DNA of 64,000 nucleotides, taken from the IMG/VR virus record IMGVR_UViG_3300006931_000029, positions 93,124-157,123 of that record; one strand, written 5' to 3'. The notes under the pieces were generated by a model, which saw only the letters and a list, made by a program, of their open reading frames with translations, made no database searches and was not told where the DNA came from. Shown in pieces: positions 42,823 through 52,764 of this stretch (position 1 is its first letter; every line of letters begins with the position of its first letter). The DNA comes from a virus. Both the position numbers and the translations under genes were made by a program.

Positions 42823-42834
42823 ATTTTGTAAACA
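42823..42834 (-). promoter_or_regulatory. TGTTTACAAAAT promoter-like motif (minus orientation)
   Basis: 29 nt upstream of minus-strand start at 42795. Confidence 0.45.
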
Positions 42835-42837
42835 TTA

Positions 42838-43041
42838 TTATTCGATGAATTCCACGTCGTGGAACCAGGCGCGTCTGATGTAGATGCCCTCTTTGATGAG
42901 ATAACCAGTGTCGGACACACCGGTTATCTTGCCCTCGTGGACTGACATTCCGAATTGGCAGAATTGCAGAAAACGGACTTGCTTGCCGATGTTACGGCGA
43001 GCCCTCCTTTTCTTCAGCCACCTAGAAAACCACTTGAACAT
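42838..43041 (-). CDS. hypothetical small protein
   Basis: 67-aa ORF. Confidence 0.35.
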   Translation of the reverse strand: MFKWFSRWLKKRRARRNIGKQVRFLQFCQFGMSVHEGKITGVSDTGYLIKEGIYIRRAWFHDVEFIE

Positions 43042-43057
43042 TCACGGCAAGAACATC

Positions 43058-43852
43058 TTACCCGATAGCCCAGATGCGAATCACACCTTGACCACCTGCG
43101 CCACCTGCGCCTGAAAAACTTGGGTTCGCGGAACGGCCACCACCGCCACCACCGCCTCCGCCCATGAAACCGGCTCCACCGGTTCCACCGCCCGCGCTAC
43201 CACCACCTCCACCGCCGCCACCCGTGCCCCAGTTTTTTGACGACGTTGGCGCTGCGTTAGCTGCGCTTCCGCCTGCTAACGTGCTGCCGAGCTTTCCACC
43301 GTTTCCACCAGCAACCGCGGCATTGCCACCTGTTTGGCCGGCGCCGTTTCCGCCGCCACCACCAGCGTCAGCTGTCGCCGGTGTTGACGCGCCAGTGTTT
43401 GCCCCAGCGCCGGCGACACCACCTTGGATTGTGGTGTTGGCAACGCTGCCTCCGTTTCCAGTAACATTTCCTGCACCGTTGCAGCCGCTTCTTCCACCCG
43501 TGCCGCCACCGCCGCCGCGAGCGCGGAGAATAACTGTGCTGCTGGACGTGACCGTCGAGTCGCCGCCCGTACCGCCTGTGTTGCCTGTGTCAGCTTGAAC
43601 AGCTGTACCGCCAGCAGCGGCCGATCCTACTGCTGCGGTCAAGCTAGACGCTACGTCGGCCGTAGCGAAGAAAGACGTCGCGAAACCTCCGCCTTGACCT
43701 CCACCACCTCCCGGATTTGTTACGCCGCACTGAGAAGAGCCGCTACCACCACCGCCGCCACTGCCAATCGCCTCGATGATTAGCATGTCGGCAGACGTTG
43801 GAACAGAGTAGCTGTTCGAGCCCGTCGTGTAGACTGTGAGTGTGACTGCCAT
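43058..43852 (-). CDS. Gly-rich paralog 1 (possible fibre/structural)
   Basis: N-term ...YSVPTSADMLIIEAIGSGGGGG, poly-Gly core, C-term GVIRIWAIG; paralog of next two genes. Confidence 0.5.
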   Translation of the reverse strand: MAVTLTVYTTGSNSYSVPTSADMLIIEAIGSGGGGGSGSSQCGVTNPGGGGGQGGGFATSFFATADVASSLTAAVGSAAAGGTAVQADTGNTGGTGGDSTVTSSSTVILRARGGGGGTGGRSGCNGAGNVTGNGGSVANTTIQGGVAGAGANTGASTPATADAGGGGGNGAGQTGGNAAVAGGNGGKLGSTLAGGSAANAAPTSSKNWGTGGGGGGGGSAGGGTGGAGFMGGGGGGGGGRSANPSFSGAGGAGGQGVIRIWAIG

Positions 43853-43855
43853 GTT

Positions 43856-44764
43856 TTAACCTTGTGCCCAAAAACGAACTACGCCGCCACCGCCAGCACC
43901 ACCGCTACCCGACGGATTTGTGTTGCTGAATCCGCTGGCGCCTCCGCCACCACCGCCACCCATGAAACCGGCAGAACCACCGCCGGAAGTTCGAGTAGAA
44001 TTGCTCATAGCGCCTCCGCCACCGCCGCCTCCGCCGCCATAACCCCAGGTGTTTGAGTGAGTAGGCGTGGTACCGCCGGGTTGGCCACCTGATCCGCTAT
44101 CAGCCGCGCCACCTGATCCGCCACCGGATGCGGTCGATCCGCCTTTAACTCCGCCGGCTCCGCCAGCCGCTCCTGCTGTCGTACCACCCGTGGATTTGCC
44201 ACCACCTCCACCACCACCGCCTGCAGCGCCTGCTGAACCTGCGACGCCGTTAGTTCCACCAGCAGCGCCGCCTGTCGTATTCGCAGCTCCTCCCGCGCCG
44301 CTTGTTCCGCTTGAAAGACCCGCGCCACCGGCGTTTCCGCCAGGTGCGGTTACGATCGCAGTACCGCTCGACGTAACAGTTGTAGAATTTCCGGCCGTAC
44401 CAGCACCACCGTTTGCCGTACCCGTAACGCCGGTGCCACCACCGCCGCCACCTATTGAGACGATCAACGACGCGGCTGCATCTGCCGTGGATATGCGAAC
44501 AAATGCGTAACCACCTCCACCACCACCACCGCCTCCGCCGCCGTTGTTGGTGGAAACGTTACTTCCGCCAGCGCCACCACCGCCACCGGTTCCGATGCCT
44601 TCAATAAACAGCAGACTCGATCCGACTGGAACCGAGTATGTTCCGTTTGCAGTGAAGACGTCTAGCTGAAAAAATCCAGCGCTAGCTCCTCCTGACGCAG
44701 CGTCAGCTGTCGACCAAAAATTTCGACAATGACTCGTTTTTGTAACTCTGCTTGATTGGATCAT
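43856..44764 (-). CDS. Gly-rich paralog 2
   Basis: FFQLDVFTANGTYSVPVGSSLLFIEGIGTGGGGG ... GVVRFWAQG. Confidence 0.5.
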   Translation of the reverse strand: MIQSSRVTKTSHCRNFWSTADAASGGASAGFFQLDVFTANGTYSVPVGSSLLFIEGIGTGGGGGAGGSNVSTNNGGGGGGGGGGGYAFVRISTADAAASLIVSIGGGGGGTGVTGTANGGAGTAGNSTTVTSSGTAIVTAPGGNAGGAGLSSGTSGAGGAANTTGGAAGGTNGVAGSAGAAGGGGGGGGKSTGGTTAGAAGGAGGVKGGSTASGGGSGGAADSGSGGQPGGTTPTHSNTWGYGGGGGGGGGAMSNSTRTSGGGSAGFMGGGGGGGASGFSNTNPSGSGGAGGGGVVRFWAQG

Positions 44765-45663
44765 CCTGTTGCCCAGATACGAATCACTCCGTCTCCGCCG
44801 ACTCCGCCGGTACCGCCGTTGTTGTTGCCGCCAGAAGTTGACGAGTGTCCGGAGCCACCTCCACCACCACCACCCATGAAACCAGCGCCGCCAGCAACCG
44901 CGTTGCCTGAAGTTCCGTTTGCGCCACCACCGCCGCCACCACCAGAACCCCAGTTAGTCGAGTGAGAGGTCGCAGCGCCTCCGTTTGCTGCTCCGCCAGC
45001 TCCTTCGCCACCATACAATCCGCCAGAGTTTCCAGCCGATCCAGTGCCAAGAGACGCGGCACTACTTGAACCTGCGCCGCCGCACCCGCCACCGCCGGCT
45101 AACGCGGCAGTAGGTTGCGTTGATGCGCCTGAAGATACTCCGATAGTTCCGTCTCCACCGCCTTGCGTTGTGGCTCCAGCACCAGCCGAACCGCCCGCGG
45201 CGTTCGTGCCGCCGCCGCCCGCACCGCCTGCGAGCGCTCGAATAATTTCGTCTCCTGAGCCGTTGTTGTCAACAACGAACGAAGGGTTTCCAGCAGCGCC
45301 AGGACTTCCGCTGCTGCCTGCTGTGCCACCACCGCCTGAACCCGTGCCACCCGCCCCAACCGTGTAAGATAGCGGGCCGGTTAAATTTGCGACAGCAAAC
45401 ATAACGCGAGCGTAGCCACCACCGCCACCACCACCACCACCGAACGCAGCAGTTGCCGTGACAAAGGATCGGCCGCCTCCGCCTTGACCGCCGCCGCCTA
45501 TGGCTTCGATCATCAACTGTGTCGCTGAACTAGGAATAGCGTAGCTGCCGGTTCCACTCGTGAAAACGTCCAACTGAAAAAATGCTCCGCCAGCGACTGG
45601 TACCGTTGTCCAATCTCTCCGTAGGTGTCCACCATCTTCTTTGTTAACCGTGGTAACGATCAT
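44761..45663 (-). CDS. Gly-rich paralog 3
   Basis: FFQLDVFTSGTGSYAIPSSATQLMIEAIGGGGQG ... GVIRIWATG. Confidence 0.5.
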   Translation of the reverse strand: MIVTTVNKEDGGHLRRDWTTVPVAGGAFFQLDVFTSGTGSYAIPSSATQLMIEAIGGGGQGGGGRSFVTATAAFGGGGGGGGGYARVMFAVANLTGPLSYTVGAGGTGSGGGGTAGSSGSPGAAGNPSFVVDNNGSGDEIIRALAGGAGGGGTNAAGGSAGAGATTQGGGDGTIGVSSGASTQPTAALAGGGGCGGAGSSSAASLGTGSAGNSGGLYGGEGAGGAANGGAATSHSTNWGSGGGGGGGANGTSGNAVAGGAGFMGGGGGGGSGHSSTSGGNNNGGTGGVGGDGVIRIWATG

Positions 45664-46010
45664 GCGTCTGTCATGCCTAGCAGTTGGACGGTTACGCCGG
45701 AACCATCTGCTAAGCCGAAGATGGCATCGTTCGTGTCAGTAAGAACCCATGGATATTTCGGTTCCAAAAGCAATGACTCGTTGGTGACGAGAGTCACTTT
45801 GTACATCTGGTTGGTCGTAGCTACAGTGCCCAGCGAACCTCCCGAATCAGGCACGTTGTTCAATGTCACGACTCTAGACGACGCGTTCGAATTGTGCAGT
45901 TGAATGCACCCGACATACGTCTTTGTCGAAGAGGGATTGGCGTAGATGGAAGCAGAAGCGCCAGTCGCAACCGACGCAATGTCCATCAGCTTGTTGAATT
46001 GAAGTGCCAT
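45660..46010 (-). CDS. hypothetical structural-cluster protein
   Basis: 116-aa ORF; preceded by TAA-1 codon-ATG junction. Confidence 0.45.
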   Translation of the reverse strand: MALQFNKLMDIASVATGASASIYANPSSTKTYVGCIQLHNSNASSRVVTLNNVPDSGGSLGTVATTNQMYKVTLVTNESLLLEPKYPWVLTDTNDAIFGLADGSGVTVQLLGMTDA

Positions 46011-46013
46011 GGC

Positions 46014-48248
46014 TTAAGTAGCGAACAGCCAGAGAAAACGAGGGTCGTTGCCGGCCACGCCCTGGAAACCTTGATTTCCCTGGAATCCTTGAAAGCCTTG
46101 CGTTCCCGTTGCGCCTTGAACTCCTTGAGGACCTTGGAAACCCTGATTTCCTTGCGATCCTTGGGAACCTTGAGAACCCTGCGATCCCGCAGGTCCAGCG
46201 AACGCGAATGTGAAACAGACCTCGTCATTCAGCGAGAACGTTGTACCGGAATCGTCCTGGTACGTGACAGCGAATTTGCGATAGCCGGTCGCCGACACCA
46301 CGCTTCCTGTGAAGATGAATGTTGCAAACGTGTTGACGTCTGCCTTCTTGTAGACCTTTATCGTGCCGCGGTTGGTAGACGATCCGAAGTTGTCCAACGA
46401 ATCCAACCATCCTGTGACGTCAACCAACGACTCGTTGAGCAAGTCAACATAAAGGAACGTAACAGAAGCATAGGTCGCGTTGTTGAACTTCAGGAAGCCA
46501 TCGCCAGGATCAGAGTCGGCTGTGTTGGTGTTGAAGAAGAAAATCTGCGTGTCGCCGCCGGCACTAGAATCACCGGACGAACCTTGGAATCCTTGCGAGC
46601 CTTGAGAACCCGTCGAGCCCTGGTTGCCTATAGACCCTTGGAATCCTTGCGAGCCTTGAGCTCCTTGATTTCCTTGAGCGCCCGTGCTTCCCGCCGCTCC
46701 TTGCGCACCAGTCAATCCCTGGAAACCCTGGCGGCCCTGGAAACCTTGTGCGCCTTGTGCGCCGTCGTTGCCGGGCGCTCCGGTCAATCCTTGAACACCT
46801 TGGTTTCCTTGGTTGCCAGTGTATGTCCACGTGAACGCAATGTCATTACCAGCAGTGAACGTCGTGCCTGAAGAATGCTGGAACGTGACGGCAATCTTTC
46901 GATAACCCGTCGCCGTTGTGACGCTTCCAGTGACGATGAACGTAATGAAGACGTTTGCATCTGCGCTCTTGAACAACTTGAGCACGCCGCGGTTCGTCGA
47001 CGAGCCAAAGTCGTCGATAGCATCCAACCACGTTGTGATGTCGACGCCACCTTTGTTGAACGTGCTCGCAAAAATCTGGGTGACAGAAGCGTAGGTCGCG
47101 TTGTTGAAACGGACCTTGCCGCTACCCGGGTCTGCGTCGCTCGTTCCGGTGTCCCATGTGTAGATTTGTGTGTCGCCGCCAGAACCTTCGCTGCCCTGCG
47201 CACCTGTAGAACCCTGATTTCCTTGGAAACCCTGAGAGCCCGTAGTTCCAGTTGAGCCTTGGAATCCCTGATTACCCTGCGAACCTTGGAATCCTTGGAA
47301 TCCCTGCGCGCCATCGGGAGGACCTTGGAATCCTTGGAATCCCTGACTGCCTTGTGATCCTTGTGCTCCCGCAGTTCCGGCTGAGCCTTGACTACCTTGC
47401 GATCCAGTCGACCCGGTCGCACCTTGAAAACCTTGAAAGCCTTGCGCTCCAGTTGATCCCGCCGCTCCTTGAAGTCCTTGGAAACCTTGGCGACCTTGGA
47501 ATCCTTGCGAGCCTTGAGCACCCGCTGCGCCTTGCGAACCCTGAAATCCCTGCGCGCCATCAGGAGGACCTTGGAATCCTTGAAAACCCTGTGCACCTTG
47601 AGAGCCAGTTGAACCTTGAAATCCCTGCGAACCCGTCGTTCCTGTCACGCCTTGGAAACCTTGACGACCTTGGAATCCCTGCGCACCTTGCGATCCCGTG
47701 GTTCCAGTTGAGCCTTGGAAACCTTGGTTGCCCTGCGCTCCGCTGATGCCATAAGTGAAGATCGCGACTCCCGTGAAAACAGGAGACGGCGCTGCTGAGA
47801 AGACCGTGCAAGTTAGCGTGACGGTCGAATTGATGTTGTCGAACGAAACGTTAGTGATGCTGTAGACAACGTGTGTCGAAGAGTTCGTCTCGAGATAGAT
47901 GACAAAGTGAGACGGTGCCAATCCCGAAAACCAACTCGAAGCGTTCTGACCCGCAAGGTTCGTTTGATTTGCGACAATGGCTGTTGCGAGTTGAGGGCTC
48001 GCATTGTTCAATCGGAAAGTTCCAGTCGTTGGATTTCCAGTCGTCAGCGACGAATAGGTGTAGCGCTGCGACGGCCCGCCTGCTGTTCCTGTCGGCCCTT
48101 GAAAACCCTGAAATCCTTGAAAACCCTGAGCGCCCTGATTCGCGTCCGCGTAATCTTTGTTGACTGCGTCTTTGCCATCAACCGGTGCACTCAAACCAGC
48201 CAACCGCTGGTTTTCGAGCGTATTGCCTCTTTGAATGATCGGAACCAT
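46014..48248 (-). CDS. collagen-like repeat fibre protein with three interspersed about 110-aa globular domains
   Basis: multiple GxQ/GxxG blocks; repeated domain ...FNNATYASVT...GSSTNRG...TGSV..ATGYRK(I/F)AVT... Confidence 0.6.
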   Translation of the reverse strand: MVPIIQRGNTLENQRLAGLSAPVDGKDAVNKDYADANQGAQGFQGFQGFQGPTGTAGGPSQRYTYSSLTTGNPTTGTFRLNNASPQLATAIVANQTNLAGQNASSWFSGLAPSHFVIYLETNSSTHVVYSITNVSFDNINSTVTLTCTVFSAAPSPVFTGVAIFTYGISGAQGNQGFQGSTGTTGSQGAQGFQGRQGFQGVTGTTGSQGFQGSTGSQGAQGFQGFQGPPDGAQGFQGSQGAAGAQGSQGFQGRQGFQGLQGAAGSTGAQGFQGFQGATGSTGSQGSQGSAGTAGAQGSQGSQGFQGFQGPPDGAQGFQGFQGSQGNQGFQGSTGTTGSQGFQGNQGSTGAQGSEGSGGDTQIYTWDTGTSDADPGSGKVRFNNATYASVTQIFASTFNKGGVDITTWLDAIDDFGSSTNRGVLKLFKSADANVFITFIVTGSVTTATGYRKIAVTFQHSSGTTFTAGNDIAFTWTYTGNQGNQGVQGLTGAPGNDGAQGAQGFQGRQGFQGLTGAQGAAGSTGAQGNQGAQGSQGFQGSIGNQGSTGSQGSQGFQGSSGDSSAGGDTQIFFFNTNTADSDPGDGFLKFNNATYASVTFLYVDLLNESLVDVTGWLDSLDNFGSSTNRGTIKVYKKADVNTFATFIFTGSVVSATGYRKFAVTYQDDSGTTFSLNDEVCFTFAFAGPAGSQGSQGSQGSQGNQGFQGPQGVQGATGTQGFQGFQGNQGFQGVAGNDPRFLWLFAT
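47170..47760. repeat. collagen-like GxQ coding tandem repeat
   Basis: 9-nt periodic ccttg(a/g)aa(a/t)cc units over about 600 nt. Confidence 0.55.
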
Positions 48249-48559
48249 TAGATGGCAATGAAGGAGACAGTTGCACTGAGGGAACTGTCGGCGCTAGCAA
48301 TGAGATAGATCGAATCCCCAGCGGAAAGAAGGATTTTTTCAGTCGAAAGGAACAGGCTGTCGTACGCTCTCATCGTCCGGCTTTTGATGATTGTGGTCGT
48401 CGGACTTGCAGCGTTTCCCTGTTTGATGACGTGAACATCCACCGTTCGCTCGGCATTTACATAGTTGCAAACCATAATGTTCACAACCGCGTAGTTCAAC
48501 CCCGCCGGGACGGTCAGAAGCGTTGTTCCCGCTGCTGCGATCAGGTTCTGTAAGATCAT
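48248..48559 (-). CDS. hypothetical protein
   Basis: 103-aa ORF coupled to neighbours. Confidence 0.4.
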   Translation of the reverse strand: MILQNLIAAAGTTLLTVPAGLNYAVVNIMVCNYVNAERTVDVHVIKQGNAASPTTTIIKSRTMRAYDSLFLSTEKILLSAGDSIYLIASADSSLSATVSFIAI

Positions 48560-51222
48560 GAGCTGAGGTCACGGTTCCAGGTGTATTGGAAATTGACGGT
48601 GAGGTAGTTCAACTTGATCTTCGTCTGAGCCTCGTCGAAAACGAACACGTAGCCGTTGTACTTCGAAGCGTTGATGCGGTTGATGACCTGCGTGTCCGGG
48701 TCCATGCCGCCGATGCCGATGGTGCGCCAATTTGTACCGTTCGCCATGTTCGTCTGGAACGTGGCTTGCTTGATGCGCGTGAATCCACCGGGAGTGTACG
48801 ACTGCAGCGTGAGAGGAAGTTCGACGTGACGGGCGGTCGATCGATCGACAGACGTTCCGATGGTAGCAGGAGCGTCGGTTGCTTCTGAGATGAACGCAGA
48901 TGCCCCAGTGACGTCTTGAATACCACCACCGATCAGGAACGCTGGGTCGCTTTGCGTGACGTCCACAACCGGCGTTGATGCCGTTGCGCTGTTCAGCACG
49001 TCGACCAACCAGTTGACGACCTGCGTCGTCGACGTTTCGATCTTGATCGTGATTGGGATCGTGAGCGTTGGTCCAGCTCCGATAGCATTGCCATTGAAGT
49101 AGACAATGTTCGAGGTCGTGGCAACGGTTGAATCGCTCTCAACGAATGAGAATTTTCCAGCGCCCGGAAAGCTGCTCGAACTGTATGTGACAACAGACAG
49201 TTCCGTCGTGTCTCGATAGACGTGAATCTCGGTTTTAACACGACCGCCTGTTCCGCGATCGCCAACAACAGGAGCTGTACCTTCGCGCCGCATCGCCGGC
49301 CGAGGATTCGTCAACACGACGAAGTAGGTCGGCAACGCTGGATTTTGACGGATAGCGTAGATCGTGTAGAACGCAACAGCGCCTCGAGTCGTGTCTGGAT
49401 CGGACCCGTTGAGAACCACCCGGTAGCGTCCATTTCCGCTGAACAAGGTGGGATCACTCAGGTCGAAGATGTCTGTTGGAAGGACGGTGAATGTCGACGC
49501 CGTTGCGCCTTCGATTGCCTCCCACTCGTCTCCAACCTCATTGAATTTCTCCCACTGATATGTCGGCGTGACGTAATTCTGCTGGACTGCCGTGAGCAGA
49601 ATGGACACCGGGTTGGACGAGGTCGGCGTGAAGTCGGTCTTCCAGTTGTCCCACGGAGATTCGCCGATGTATGGGATGGCGTTTGGAAATTGAGTTTGAG
49701 GATCGACGCCGTTCCAACCAGGAGTTAGTCCACCTTGGCGCTGAACTTGTGCCGACGGCGGTGCAACCAACGGCTGCATCATGTCGATCGCATTCTCGAT
49801 CTCACCAAACCACTGACCGGTCGATCCGTTGCCGGACCTGAAATAGAGAGTCGGGATTCCGCTGATCGTTGAGATTGGGGCGGCTGGTGAACACGTGACT
49901 TGGCGCGAGTTAGTGAACGCCGTGATGCGCGTGTATTGCGTCGAGATTTTGATGACCGAGCCAATGTCGGCGGCGGTGAACACGTATTCGCCTGTCTGAG
50001 CGCTGCCCGAATATGATAGCTCACCAGCCGTAGTCAAATTCATGTTCGCACCGACGCTGACCGCAGGTGGAATGTAGCTTCCGGTCGTGGCAACGGCAAG
50101 CTTTGCCGGAAGATTGCGGGGGTTCGTGAACGGATTTCTATCCGCTCGAGCGTAGAGTTTGATCGGCGAACCGGCTCCATTGCCCCAACGGTTGACATAA
50201 CCGAATTGAGGCCCGAGGTAATTCGAACCAGGAGCATACGGCTCGTTGCACAATTGGCTCCGGTCGTACGGCCGAGCGAGACCGTTGACGTCGACCACAC
50301 AGAGACCGTAGAGTTGGATTTGCTCCGTGCCGGTCGTGGTCGTTGCAGGCAGAACTGGCCAACCGGTCACCGTCGGAGACTTTCCATTCGGCGTAGCCGG
50401 AGACAGCTTGATGGACAGTTGGTAGGAAACCTGCAACCATTGTCCAGGAGATAGGAAGATGATGTCAGGAAGCACCACCCGGCTGAACAGCGTGGTCGCC
50501 TTTGGAGAATCTTTGAAACCCAACTCAGCGATTTGAACCGGACTCGACTCGAGATAGAAGTCGAAGGTCCTGAACATCGTCACTGTGTCACCATCAATTT
50601 CGGTACCGCACATGCCGTCACCGACCTGGTACCGCATGTTCATCGAGTATGGCGTGACGAGCGCCGTCTGATCGACGTTGTAGACATCGAACGCAGCCGA
50701 AGAAACCGTCTGAGAAACATCGACCGTTACTGTGGTCGTGTTGGTGTAGGCGGTGACTCTCGCAGACTTGTTGGTGCCGGGCCAGTAGATGAGCTTTCCG
50801 ACTATGGAAGGAGAGAAAGAGTAAGAGCCAGCAGTGATGGAAACGGTCGTTGTTGCTTGAGACGCATTCGACGCCGTGGTGACTTTGGTAGGCGTCGTTC
50901 CTGTTCCCGCTACGCAAAACTGAAAGGCCTGCGCCCACGGCATGAAGGCGATCTTGTCCAGACCTGAGTCCAAAATCAAGTTGGGTAACCATTTGTCGTG
51001 CTGAAAGTCCACGGACCCGTCGGCATTCATCACGCGGCACTTGTACCGGCCGCGAGCCGACGTAACAAACTCTTTGTGAAAGACGGAGGCGGGCATGTTG
51101 CCCCTAAATACGCAGGTCAAGCAGAGTGTAGTTAGCGTCATGGGCACCATCCACGAAACCAATCGTCGTCGCGCATCGGCTCTGGCAAGCCAAATGTGAC
51201 CTAGCGCTTTACCCGCCGCCAT
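48556..51222 (-). CDS. large hypothetical structural protein (fibre/baseplate-like)
   Basis: 888-aa ORF, Thr/Ser/Gly-rich, beta-rich composition; start uncertain. Confidence 0.5.
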   Translation of the reverse strand: MAAGKALGHIWLARADARRRLVSWMVPMTLTTLCLTCVFRGNMPASVFHKEFVTSARGRYKCRVMNADGSVDFQHDKWLPNLILDSGLDKIAFMPWAQAFQFCVAGTGTTPTKVTTASNASQATTTVSITAGSYSFSPSIVGKLIYWPGTNKSARVTAYTNTTTVTVDVSQTVSSAAFDVYNVDQTALVTPYSMNMRYQVGDGMCGTEIDGDTVTMFRTFDFYLESSPVQIAELGFKDSPKATTLFSRVVLPDIIFLSPGQWLQVSYQLSIKLSPATPNGKSPTVTGWPVLPATTTTGTEQIQLYGLCVVDVNGLARPYDRSQLCNEPYAPGSNYLGPQFGYVNRWGNGAGSPIKLYARADRNPFTNPRNLPAKLAVATTGSYIPPAVSVGANMNLTTAGELSYSGSAQTGEYVFTAADIGSVIKISTQYTRITAFTNSRQVTCSPAAPISTISGIPTLYFRSGNGSTGQWFGEIENAIDMMQPLVAPPSAQVQRQGGLTPGWNGVDPQTQFPNAIPYIGESPWDNWKTDFTPTSSNPVSILLTAVQQNYVTPTYQWEKFNEVGDEWEAIEGATASTFTVLPTDIFDLSDPTLFSGNGRYRVVLNGSDPDTTRGAVAFYTIYAIRQNPALPTYFVVLTNPRPAMRREGTAPVVGDRGTGGRVKTEIHVYRDTTELSVVTYSSSSFPGAGKFSFVESDSTVATTSNIVYFNGNAIGAGPTLTIPITIKIETSTTQVVNWLVDVLNSATASTPVVDVTQSDPAFLIGGGIQDVTGASAFISEATDAPATIGTSVDRSTARHVELPLTLQSYTPGGFTRIKQATFQTNMANGTNWRTIGIGGMDPDTQVINRINASKYNGYVFVFDEAQTKIKLNYLTVNFQYTWNRDLSS

Positions 51223-51601
51223 GCAACCACCCGATCAAGAAGAACGGCTGAACGCTCCGCCACCTTACCGGCCGAGCATCGATAGGATTTTCCTTGACAA
51301 ACTAAGCGAGTCCGATCGCTACCTGGTCACGAAACTGGATTCCGTGGACCAGCGTATTGAGTGGTTAATCGTGGTCGCTCTCTCGAGCCACAACCGAGGC
51401 ATCGACCTAGCGTCTTCTGTCAGAAAGTTAGAGGAACGTGTCGCCAGATTGGAACAGGCGAACGACCCAGAAGACAAAAGTATGCTCAAGTGGATTCGAG
51501 AGAATGTCATGGCTCCTGCTAAGATGGTCGGTTGGTTGATCGCCACCGGGATTGGAGCCCTGATCGTTGTTCTTCTAGAAAAATACTTTGGCAGCAAGTG
51601 A
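51221..51601 (+). CDS. small membrane protein
   Basis: 126-aa ORF ending with hydrophobic helix GWLIATGIGALIVVLL. Confidence 0.4.
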   Translation: MQPPDQEERLNAPPPYRPSIDRIFLDKLSESDRYLVTKLDSVDQRIEWLIVVALSSHNRGIDLASSVRKLEERVARLEQANDPEDKSMLKWIRENVMAPAKMVGWLIATGIGALIVVLLEKYFGSK

Positions 51602-52026
51602 ATTCACTCACCGACTACGTCAATCGGCTTCTCCGTCCTTCCAGAATCCTACTGGTTGAGGACGACGAAGCAGTTTGCGCTGTCATAGAGTCGCTAGCCA
51701 AGAAGTTCAACTGCGAGATGATGACCGTCCATACGGCGAAGGACGCGCTGAGAGAATCTCTCGAAACCAAGTACGATCTCGTCCTGCTCGATTACCAGTT
51801 GCCGGACGGCAACGGTGTTGAAGTGTTTAAGACAATCCGGGCCAAGTCATGTGACGTGCCGGTTTGTATCGTGACAGGCTTTCTATCCGAACACCTGATC
51901 GATCAAGTGAAGGATATTGGATTCGCAGTCTTCGTGCAGAAGCCGAAGGACTTGACGATGAAGAATCTGATCAACATCTTCATGACGTTCGGCATCAAGC
52001 CGAACCCGGCTGCAGAAGCCGGATGA
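51598..52026 (+). CDS. stand-alone response-regulator receiver (REC/CheY-like) domain protein
   Basis: ILLVEDDEAVCAVI...LVLLDYQLPDGNGVEVFKTIR...PVCIVTGF; start uncertain (GTG 51598 overlapping previous TGA, or TTG 51532). Confidence 0.45.
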   Translation: MNSLTDYVNRLLRPSRILLVEDDEAVCAVIESLAKKFNCEMMTVHTAKDALRESLETKYDLVLLDYQLPDGNGVEVFKTIRAKSCDVPVCIVTGFLSEHLIDQVKDIGFAVFVQKPKDLTMKNLINIFMTFGIKPNPAAEAG

Positions 52027-52403
52027 ACCTAGCCGAACATGTCGTAGATGTTTTGCTTGAAGCCGTGCCGTCGTCACTTCGAGTGAACCTAAGGTTTGCG
52101 CTTGATGGCCACGACGACGAGTTGGTTCTGCCCGGACTTGTGTCTGTTGAGAGCGCTCCGAAAAATACCTACGGTGGAGCATGGCGTTTGACGGTCTTCG
52201 ACGCAAAGAAAACCATGGGTTTACTCCACATCAACTTCGAGTTGGATGGACAACCAACTCTAGAGAAGGTTCAACAGGTGCTTGGGCCAGACCATGACGC
52301 GTACGAATACTTGCTCGGAGACATCAACGATTGGCTCGAATCGTCTTCCGGAGAATTTGCCACTGACTTCTCCGTGGAAGGCGTGTCCGCCCCACCCGCT
52401 TGA
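52025..52403 (+). CDS. hypothetical protein
   Basis: ATG overlapping previous TGA (ATGA); MNLAEHVVDVLLEAVP... Confidence 0.4.
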
Positions 52404-52764
52404 CCAATCAGGTGGGACCCCTTTGAGGGTCAAGTCTCGAGGTGCTTACTCATAAGTGTCAGCGCGGAGAATCGAAAAAGAAAACGGTGGACGCGAGGGA
52501 GGAGTTCGGGTTTGCTAGTTGTTTCCTAAGCTGGGCAGGACCGCTTCACTGTCCCGTTCAACGCCTTGCGGCGAAGACCCATGTTGCTTTTTCCATCCCC
52601 ACAGAACCGCTGCTCAAGCCCCTAAAGCGGGGCTCTCATAACGATTGCCGAACTACCAGAGCAGTCTCCGTCGAGACGGGAAGCAGTAGTTCATTGGCTC
52701 AGCAAAAAGGCTGACTCCGTCGAGTCAACACTCTCGGCCACCGGAAAAACGCCCCATTAGGCTT

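Noticed and set aside
43164-45367. Plus-strand Pro-rich ORFs (43164..43598, 44067..44510, 44756..44965, 45044..45367)
   Set aside because: Antisense shadows of the minus-strand Gly-rich genes (GGN codons read as NCC = Pro on the other strand); the minus-strand set has conserved termini and operon coupling.
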